A stretch of DNA of 55,818 nucleotides, counting the filler, from Sphacelaria rigidula (Eukaryota): the NCBI GenBank assembly GCA_964200075.2. It is 3 parts of 3 records of this genome, joined end to end, with 100 filler letters (N's around TTAATTAATTAA, not from the genome) between each part and the next. Parts side by side here need not be neighbours in the genome. Positions count along the whole stretch, not along the records: positions 37,284 to 55,818 come from CAXNAA020000843.1; 2 more parts are not named here. One strand, 5' to 3'. Numbering within the stretch: the first letter of the stretch is position 1; each line of letters opens with the position of its first letter. The notes beneath the pieces are model-generated. The model was not told the DNA's origin. It was given only the letters and a program-made list of their open reading frames with translations, and searched no databases. Both the position numbers and the translations under genes were made by a program. Positions 46,239-55,818 of this stretch are shown one piece after another.

Positions 46239-49200
46239 ATGAATACCGCAGGGGTATCAGCTGGATGGATCACTTATGTTCTGTGCCTCTTGATGGCAAT
46301 CAGTGCCGAGGCAAGCATGGCGAGGTAAGCGAACACAGAACCCGGCCAGACCGAAATACGGCATGAATAAACGATGTACATAGTTCTTGTTGCAGCTGCG
46401 AACACATCTAGTTTGTGTGGAGGGCACCAGGTGTTTCGAGAGAAGTATTGTGTCCAAGGTATACGTGAAGCGGTTGTGCTTGTTCGCGGCTGCTTCCGCA
46501 TACGCACCACGATATCGGCAAGAGCTGCCCCATCCCCCCCTGCCCCACCCCGGCTGATTGCAGCTGCAAACATATCTAGTTTGTGTAAAGGGCACCAGGG
46601 TGCTTCGAGATACTTATTTTTCCCGAGGTATACGTGTAGCGGTTCTGCTTGTTCGCGGCTGCTTCCGCATACGCACCACGGTATCGGCGAGAGCTGCCCC
46701 ATCCCCCCCTCCCCCCCCTCCGTGTATCATTTGTCGCCGCTGACTGTGATGTAGTACACATGCAATGGATATACCTGTTGTGCTTTCGTGATGAGCCCAC
46801 CTGTATGCCTACTATGTTACAACCAGTAGATTTGAGCAAGCTCTGAGCTGCTAGGTTCGTTCTGGGAAAACCAGGCAGTAGATCAGTGTGGGGAGACACT
46901 GTAGATGGGAACTGTGTGGCATAATGTGGAACCTTGCCATCACACGTCGCACAGCTTACGAGCTATCCCAGCATCACTTGTTATTAGTGTGCTTATTCGG
47001 ATCATGAGCTAGCTTATCCGGCCCCATTTTCCACATTTACTTGCTCTCTACAGCGCGGGACGCTGAGCACGCGGAGTAGGGCGAAAGTAGCGCTCTGGCT
47101 TCTCGAACCCCGCTGCCACGTATCTTATGTTGTTGGACAACGGACCTGAGAGTCCTCTTCGGCTAGTTATTTTAGGCAGCTCATCATGAGCTGTCCGACG
47201 TGTTGTTATTATGCCCTCTCTTGTTCAGATAACCCCGGGGCTTGATTCTCTCTACGATCGTTCTTGGCCGACTTTTGTGGTCAAATATGAGCCAGGATAA
47301 TCACAATGAACCCGACGATTAGCAGCGTTGGTTACGGGGATGACCGGCCTTGGGCGAAACGGGAGATTCGAACCATTATGATCTTACCAGCTCGGGCGGA
47401 CACCGGGATTCAATTTTGTTAAGAAATGACGCCATTACCTCGAGTAAAGCGGTCACGCTGACGGCGTGGCTCAGTGATTATGTGTGTCATCTTGACGCGC
47501 AACAATCGGCTTCATTCCTTCTTTGTCCCAGAATACAGGACACGTCGACAATTCCAAAGCTGCGAAGAGGTTGTGTCTGATCGACATCAGAAAAAGAAGC
47601 GGGAAAAGGAACAAGCGCCAAAAGGCATCACGTTGATTAATCACTGGCCGGGTCTACGGTTTCCCCGACTAATCATCATGCTTCTTTTGAACGCCTGTTC
47701 CTTCCCCCCCCCCCCTATTTTTTATCTCCGTAAGACACGGACTACAGTAGAGACATGGGAAGCTGTTGGTTCCAGAAGCTTATGTAGCCCTCTCGGATCC
47801 ATCACGGAAGCTGTGAGCTTCCATGCATCTTGAGCAAACGTTATAAGCCCTTCGATAATGCTCTAGATATGTCACACTTGGCTCCCTGCAGTAATTCAGG
47901 ATGCATGCGGCAGGTCTATGCGGTCTTCACCCAGGGCACTGTTATACAAAAGCCCTGCAGCTTTTGGCTGTCGCGGTCCATTATATCCTTGGTAACCAAT
48001 GTCTATGTTCACAGCAGTTGGTGTGAATACGGTACGGTGCCTGTCTGCTCGGTATAAACCATACTTACATACACCACCAACATGTACCAGTATAGTATAG
48101 TGCCGCACCACACTGACCATATGGCATCTGGGAAGGCGACGATTGGCTGCATCAGTTGCCGTAGCCTGTGAAGTGTAGAGGTAAGATGATCTCATAGAGT
48201 CGCACACTGCTCCCGGGAACGCAATATTCTTGCCGACCCTGTCGTACTGTACAATATAATGTGACGAAATCTGCTTTTGTTTCGTTTTGTTCTTTTAGAT
48301 CGAACATGAGGTATGGTTCAGGAGAGCTCTCATTACACGACCGGCGACCGGATGAATACGTCGCAGTGCTCACGCACCTAGGAGACGGTTACCAACACTC
48401 GAAGGCATCCCAAAACAAACGTCATACTCGGTAATCGGAAAACAAACAGGAATCACATTTCGCGCTCTGATACCATTTTGCCACTGCACGTCCCGCTTTG
48501 ACGAAAAAATCATCCCTGACGTCAAAATATCCTTGTCTGAGCGTGTTTGCCTGTACAGCAGCCGTGTTTAGCGATGACCGCGCTGAAGCTTATCAATGGG
48601 ACACTGACAACTGTCAGACCGATACGCATTTTCGTGATGTGTTGATCAGGGCCGCACTCCGCAGCGTCGGCGAACACATTAACGATGTTTCGGGAGCGAT
48701 TGGGCGAGAGTGGATGATCGCCACTGCTGAAGGACGCGAAGGTGCGTGCTCTTCACATATGTCGATGCTGTTGTTCGATTCATCGGACTTTTTATCGCAG
48801 ATTATGCCAAACGAACACATCTCTCATGCCACCACGTGCTAACCAACGTGCATATCCCCACACTCTATGTTGTTGCCGATGCTCTACCCCTTAATTGAGT
48901 CTTTCTGGTGTACATTTTCAACAACATGCCCAACGATATATGAAATTACCCTTATGTTCACATTTCTGTACGGCACACGTGTCGCTGGACGAAGATTGTA
49001 GTGCTGAATCGTGTTGCTTAATTCCTGTCCCCCTGCAACCATCGGCGCCGCCCCGAATTGAAATCCCAAACAGTAGGTCGCCGTCTACCTTTATCGGTCT
49101 GGGACTTCGACGCAATCTCAAGAGTGATTGGTGTTCTCCCTTCCATGGATGGATTGATGAGCGACGTGGAGAAGAAAATTCTTGCCCTAGCTCTTTTCTT

Positions 49201-49265
49201 CAATATTGGGGCGGTTCTTCTGATGTGGAAACTTCATTCTGACAAGCGAGCTGGATGCATCCCAG
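46239..49265 (+). CDS. candidate spliced gene: signal peptide plus one predicted TM helix, unknown function
   Basis: Exon 46239-46324 (MNTAGVSAGWITYVLCLLMAISAEASMAR|gtaagc); possible exon 47532-47569; exon 48559-48741 (|gtgcgt); exon 49077-49265 (...KILALALFFNIGAVLLMWKL...|gtacga). The phases are compatible, but no homology was recognised. Confidence 0.4.
46391..46712. repeat. tandem duplication, unit about 167 bp
   Basis: ttgcagctgc.aaca.atctagtttgtgt...gcttgttcgcggctgcttccgcatacgcaccacg...agctgccccatccccc occurs at about 46390 and about 46558. Confidence 0.9.
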
Positions 49266-51739
49266 GTACGAGCTGCTTCTTGCTGAAACACCCGCCAACG
49301 ACGTGGATTGACAGAGCGCACTTTTGTATCCCAAAAAAATGATGACACGGTTGGGTTGAGTGGTATTTTCGGCCCATCCCAGCTTTCAAGTTTTGTCTAC
49401 TTCGACGGAGTCGGTTCGGCACGACTTGCTTTCAGTTAGGTGCCTTGGATGCGAATATCAACGAAGCAGCTGCAGCGTTTTCGCTGCCCCGAAACCCTAA
49501 GGGTTGACCATACTTCGTATTTTTGCCGTGGGTCAAATGATGGAGTGATGACTTCTGGGAACATGATAAATCTACCACCGGTGGCACATTATTCAAGGTT
49601 ATGTTGTGTAGGATAAACCTGAAAGTGGGGGATTTGGTGGGTCGCATTCTGAATCATACCGAATATGTTCCAAGATTTTTTTGTTTTCACTGTTCCGTTG
49701 CTGTGGTCCTGGATGCGGTATTGATAGCACTTGCCTGTGCCGGTAAACCAACAGCCTTAGCTGGTTTGAATCGAAGTCCCTTGGCATTTTTTTCGGGGGG
49801 GTCAACGCGCCCCTCCTCGAACAACCTCAGCGGGAAGAGGGTATCCGACGTGTGAGCCATTTGCGGCCAACAGTAATTAGTTTGAACACGTGACCGGTCC
49901 CAATAGAAAGCTCACAACTTACCCTAACTCACTTTACCTCCGGGTTTCTCCAAGGGGGCCTCACGCACCTCGGAGAAGTTTGAAGATATTCTTTCATGCC
50001 CTCTCCAAGTACGTACTGGCAGCACAATGTACCGTCAGCGCACTCTACATGCGACTGGTCATGACCCTGAATACGCGAGTGGATACTACAACGTACGCAT
50101 CCTACCTGTTGATTCGAGACCACCCTTTTGCCCCTCCCCGACCATGGTGTGAGCATATCTCCTCCCCACACTCCCTCACGTGGGGGTGTTATTTGGCGTA
50201 TTGTCTGCGTGCGGGAGGATGACATTATGCTTCTGAACGCACGAGATATATCGTTACATCATAGACACGATTAATACGTACCCCCGAGATATGTAATAGT
50301 CAGGAGTACCACCGTCCGTTTGCGACAAGACGAAACGGTCGTCACCACCCTCGGGGAGTGCTACTTTCCCATCCCCGGAAGGACCATGGGCCTAACCTCC
50401 ACATGATATATCACCAATGCATTGAAGATGTTTCCTATGTAGTTGTTTGCACCATAATCTGAATTTTCGACTTCTCATGACGTTTCACATGTACTAAAAC
50501 AGTCCAAATACAAGCGGGGTAAAATAGGCCCCGCGAGTTGGTCTAAATTCAGGTTAGGACCCGTCTGTCCAAGTGCTTGACCTTCAATTTGCGTTTGCCA
50601 AGCCAGACTTGACCCAACTTTGACAAACTCCATGTCCACGTCAAGTAATTCGACCTCGTAGGTGTGTTTCCTAGATTGGCTTTGTTGATTACGTGCCTCG
50701 AAAATCCCGAGTTGACAATATCGGATGTGAAATGGTCACTGGCCAGTGGAGGGGGTGTTCATATCGCAAAAGGCATCTCGGATTCGGCGTCTCCACCAAA
50801 TTCCCAGCTGGACTTCTCTCTTTTGTTATTCTCTCTGGATTCACGTAAACAGTGTGCCCGCGAGACTTTGACCTGAATGACCGCGGAAGTGCCCTATGTT
50901 GAAGTTGGACCATGACTCGCGACCTCGTATGCTGCTTTTTGCCCCCCCTTTCCCGGCGCCCTCGATATCCCGCCCATGTGCGTCGATGGTCAAATCACCA
51001 AGGCAACCAAGGAATGAGCGCGCCTCCCCCCCGGCGCCCCGGATATCCCGCCGACGTGCGTGGAGGGCTTGGTGATGAAGCCAAGGATGCACAGCGCAGA
51101 CGGCAGCAACTACGTGTCGGACTACGCGAGCTGAACCTTCGAATCCAGGCCGTTCTCAACAGAAAGGGGACTGGTATCGAGCGCGGCCTCAGTGCGCGGG
51201 ACTGTGCGAAGCTGGTCGAGTACGCCCGCAACTGGCCGGACCCGCTGGCCGGAGCGATACCGACCCCTGTACTACCGGTGAAGCATGTTAAAAACGAAAC
51301 GCGCCGTGCATACTTACCCTACGTGAACACAATGGGTGGTAACCAGGCTTCCTCGTGTGCCGACTGCCTATACGGATGCAAATAAACCATGGCATTCCCA
51401 TCTCAGATCAAAACATCTCAAACCGGATGCACACATACTCCTCCGCTTTTATACTAGCATCCAGGCTTTTTTATATCCAATAGCCATAACAGCATGCTCG
51501 TACATCGGTTCAGAGAAGGTCCTACATATGATCTTCGTGCCGTCGAGGATCTATCACGTACTGCTTGTATATTTGACATTTTGGATCGACACATTATATA
51601 GGTTGACATAAAGCTTGACCGTACGACGGCGACTGTGACCCGACGGTTACTTCACACCCTCCTCCGTGCTTTGACCCCGCCCTGGCCCCGTCCACCATGA
51701 TACTACCGCGCGTGCGTGTGCTTACGATCAATGCTTCAG

Positions 51740-52964
51740 GGCGGGAAAGTCGGATTCCTCGAGCGCCACGAGAACCGTGATGAAATGGCCAGCAAGCTGC
51801 TGACGGGAGCGGCTTACGACGACGGTGGAGGCCGCGGCTTTCTCGCCAACAGCATCGTTGGTGACGGCGCTTGCTTGTTCAACTCAGTCGCGTTCCTGGC
51901 CTATGGTCCAGCCTGCAGCAGCATGCGCCAGGTTCTACATCAATCACTTCCACTCCGCGCAGCTGTGTTTCAAAGGGGACTGGCGCAGCTCGAGAGGATG
52001 CTGAGCGAGAGCGAGGACGGATGGGGGCAATTCTACTGCAACTTGCAGGCGTACGACAGTGGTGTGACCGACAGGGCGTTGCTCACCAACGTTCCTCTTT
52101 TAGCAGACCTTGAGACCGCCCGCGTGCCGGTTCGACTCGCGCGGGTGTTTTTCCTCTACTCTCTCCAGGAAATAACCGAAGAATACGCCGACGCCCAGCA
52201 GTTTTGCTTCCCTCTTCTCGCCGAAATCCTTCACGTGAACATCCGATGCTTTCACCCCGGTGCGTTTAAACAGCTTTTTTGAGTACGGTCTGGGGTCAGG
52301 GGTATGTGGATCGCGAGAATACAGAACACTGAGAAAGAAAATTGACGCTGCGGACGTATTTCGCGCAACTCCGTAAGTCTTGACAGCCCTCTCGTTGCAT
52401 CCTGAATATGCTTGGCCCTCTTTTTTGCGTTTCCATTGCCCAGGGAGGACCGTGTGCGACGTGGGTGGGGAGTGGTGCAGGCGCGTTTTCGCCCCGAAGG
52501 TTGTAAGCCACCACAACTCGTCATCTATTCCGACCCTCTTCATGTCAATGACGCTGATGAGACACCACCACGACTTCAACAGCATCCAGGAGTACGAGCA
52601 GTCGTGCAGGGTGCCAATGTCTATCGACAAATACGGAAAGCAGCAGGCTGGATACAGGCATGACTACCCTGACTTCACTCACTTCGTGCCACTTCTACCC
52701 CCCATCGACGCCATCAACCGCGAGGTGAGGGAAACATATGAGTAAATGAATTTGACATTTTCAGGCTCCATGTTCAAGGGACACCCTCGTTGGTGTTGAT
52801 GAGTGAGTAATATATTGTCTTCATTGTTCCACACCGTGATCTTGACTGCTGTACTGGGAATTTTATTGTTACTATCGGCGGCCACACGCTTCTTGTCGTG
52901 GATTTACCAGGGCCAAGAGGACGAGGAGCAGAAGCTCACATCGCCGCAGGATATCGCGGGATAG
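51740..52964 (+). CDS. OTU-fold cysteine protease, vertnin-like; spliced
   Basis: Exons 51740-52259 (SIVGDGACLFNSVAFLAYG, Cys at 51872), 52444-52724 (WCRRVFAP...DFTHFVPLLP, His at 52680) and 52911-52964 (ending in TAG). Introns are GT-AG with consistent phases (1, then 0). A possible upstream exon lies at about 51050-51340. Confidence 0.65.
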
Positions 52965-53216
52965 GCGGCTCTGGTATGAGCTTCTAGCTTTTGAGGTGTG
53001 AGGCAATCCCTGTACGTGTGAGGCTTATTATTTGTCTTTGTCAATGCAACGAAAAACTCATACGTTCGTCACACGGCTTACTCCTTACAATTACCGACCG
53101 AACCAGACACTCTCTCGTCGTCTGTCATTGCCACCCCTGATCCGACAACTTCGTCCCCGCGGTGCAACGTACCCGACCCCTTGCAGCGATAAGAAGATAT
53201 AAGCCTCGGCTACCGC

Positions 53217-53659
53217 TCAAAACACGGGATTTTGCATATTGGGGATGGATTATTTATTGGGGATGAAAACCCGGAGAATTAAAATCTTCGTATGTCCACA
53301 TCAAATCTTCGAAGTATGGTTCCATTTCTTCACTTGCTGGTAGCTTTTGGTAACTGCTACGCGCCGTACAAATTTGGGTTTCGATGACCGAAATGTCGGG
53401 GTCCTAGATTGAAAACCATTTGTGGGGGATTCAGGTGATCCCATCGGACCCCAAAATTAGTTTTTAACCTAGGACCCCGACATTTCGGTTATCGAAACCC
53501 AAATTTGTAAGGCGTGTTGCACTTGCCAATAGCTACCAGCAAGTGAAGAAATGGAACCATGCTCCGAAGATTTGGTGTGGATATGCGAAGATTTTAATTC
53601 TCCGGGTTTTCATCCCCAATAAAAGATCCATTCCTAATTTGTAAAATCCCGTGTTTCGA
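53217..53659. mobile_element. palindromic MITE/foldback of about 440 bp
   Basis: aaacacgggatttt...aaaatcccgtgttt, with arms of about 200 bp that are reverse-complementary. A partial copy begins at about 55785 at the window end. Confidence 0.9.
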
Positions 53660-53935
53660 TCGCGCTCGTTCTTGGGATGTCGACGACGCAGCGAATAAAA
53701 AATCCTTTTGGAGAAACTTCGCGTTTCCTACATGGCAGCGTTTCCCTCATCGTGCTCGGCCAGACAGCACGAGCTTTGTGTGACTCGCAGGACGTCGAAA
53801 CGAACAGGTGCGCTGTGCACTTCTGGCATACATTCGCGATTTGTTTTCGAGATATTATCGTGCGCGCGGGGCGTCGCCTCAATCAGTTCGCACCATCTGT
53901 TTGTGTTGGGCTTTTACTGGGTTACTGGGTTTTAG

Positions 53936-55310
53936 GTCTGGCATCACCTGAAACTCCATGGACTACCTTGTCTGGTGGACGTATCGACTTGTCCCGGCGG
54001 ACACGTGGCAGCAAAGGTGATGGACGGCTATGAATTCGTCGACGGGCATACCGGGGTCTTCTCCCAGTCCATCCTCGTCCAGCTGAAGACCGGCTGTGCC
54101 AGTACCTTCATCTCCCAGGTTGGTGAAGGCTGCTGTAAATGCTAGTATTTGTCTGCAACCTGTACCATGTTAACCAACTGTTCGTTGGTGTTCCGCTAGT
54201 CTTGGTTTGCATCTCGTTCACTAGTTTTTGGTCCTTCCGGATTTTTCGGCCTTCTGGTGCTTGACGCGTCCATTTTTTTCTCCAGATATGGGTTACTGGG
54301 GTTTCTATTGGCTTTTCTATCCCTTCCTTCTCAAGCTGGATCAGACCGCCAGGGTTTGGGTTCATTGACCACTTCCTACTGTACCTGACATGTCCTGTGC
54401 ACCTTTCCTGCTGTGCAGTGGATCCGGCGCGAGCACGGATATACCGTGGCACAACATGCCGAAGTATTGGCGTCATCCAGCGACGGTGTCAGCGACATTC
54501 TACGCGATCTGGTGCCAGCGTCACATCTCGTAGATTTGTGCCAGGCTCGAGCGGGTACAGAGCTCGTGGACCTTGAAGTGACCACGGGAAATAAGAGGCA
54601 GGGAAACAGCTCAGTAGTATGTGCGCTAGGACATCCCTCCGAATCCTTGTTGACATGCTCGACTGATCGAATGTGGTTATCGTGTATGTATTCCAAGTTT
54701 TGTATGGGTTGGCGGCAGGAGTGGGAGGCCACGTGGTTGAACTAAGGGTGGGGAGCTTTCTCCTTCGCTCGTGTTTGCAGTTGCCGCAACATAGCTTTGC
54801 CATGTCGACGTATATTAGGATCGTGTGATGCAGTTGCAGGGTCCCGATAAGCCTAGTTCGTGCTGCGCGTTTGACGCGAATTGTTGTGTTAATCCTAGAC
54901 GTCATGACGCTAGAACTATTGAGGACGAAAGCTGAATTCCATCTGAGGTGGTCCTCGACCAACATCGTTGGACTGATCGATAGGGTCCAATCTTTGACGG
55001 GGGTGAGCATTTCCTAGGGGACGAGGGGAATGACGAGGTGGACTCAAGTGCGAGAGTATCTGAAGAAGCGAGGAGGAGGGTTTATGCTGATTGTCTAGCT
55101 ATGAGCCAAGTAATGGTGGCAGAATTTGACGATTCGATGAGCCCTGTAGGTACATTAGACATTATTACTGCCGCACGGGAAATGATTCGCAGGTGGCTGG
55201 GAGCAGAAGGGATTCTACGTGTGACCCTAGACTCTGCTGCTGGAAGCGCACAGGCGGCATTGCCAAAGCCCCGCACCAGCGACATTGAAAAATCGCAAAA
55301 ACTAGAATGA
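53936..55310 (+). CDS. candidate downstream exons of unknown protein, possibly continuing the OTU gene
   Basis: tttag|53936-54118|gt is open for 61 codons (VWHHLKLHGLPCLVDV...STFISQ). gcag|54419 continues in phase 0 (WIRREHGYTVAQHAEVL...). ctag|55018-55310 is open (…DEGNDEVDSSARVSEEARRRVYADCL...*). Confidence 0.4.
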
Positions 55311-55818
55311 AAGACACGAAAATGCTCCAATAACAGCACACATTAAGCGTGTTGGTGAAAGTGAGGGATTAGTACGAGGAAGTGAGATGCAAACTGACTC
55401 CTGCCGTGCTTCAAGCATGGTATTCCCGGGGGTAGTAATTGCATGCCGTTCAACTAAATAATGAATGAAGACTGCATGGGTGGGTTAATCATGACTGGAG
55501 AATTTGATTGATCGATCGGTTGTGACCCATTGAGTGATCCCCGAGAGACCCAGCCGTGGTCATTATCCACAACATAGACGTACGTATCTCAGGTAAACAA
55601 GACGGGAACACTCGCTAGACAACAGTGAAGACAACAGAAAAAAAGGTAGAACAGACAGAGTGGACTCGGAATAAAGAAAGACAAAAAACGAACGAACAAA
55701 GACAAGAAAAAATGATCTGGAAACGGAAAGGCTTGAGTAATGCTACGAACAGCCAATCATCTATGTTGAGGATGGTGCTTTTGATTGAGGATGAGAACCC
55801 GGAGGATTAAAATCTTCG

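Overview
Repeat-rich, intron-rich eukaryotic DNA, most consistent with a brown alga or other photosynthetic stramenopile (inferred from gene structure and repeat types, not proven). It consists of three contigs joined by two 100-nt N gaps carrying an artificial TTAATTAATTAA linker (18543-18642, 37184-37283). The real genes are spliced and mostly invisible in the ORF track: (i) a partial PAO/TIC55/PTC52-family Rieske non-heme iron oxygenase (8 phase-consistent exons, 11380-16630), (ii) the last two exons of the MEP-pathway gene ispF (39110-43179), (iii) a candidate signal-peptide/TM gene (46239-49265) and (iv) a spliced vertnin-like OTU cysteine-protease gene (about 51740-55310) with an in-frame TAG just before a donor site. 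The rest is transposon material: a Copia-type gag at the left edge, a TSD-bounded but RT-deleted Copia element (19966-26209) inserted in a pogo/Fot1 transposase remnant and carrying a MITE in its 3' LTR, an RTE-like LINE fragment, tRNA-derived SINEs, several MITE/foldback families (one carrying telomeric repeats, one piggyBac-type) and tandem arrays. All translations and alignments were done by eye; no database searches were run.
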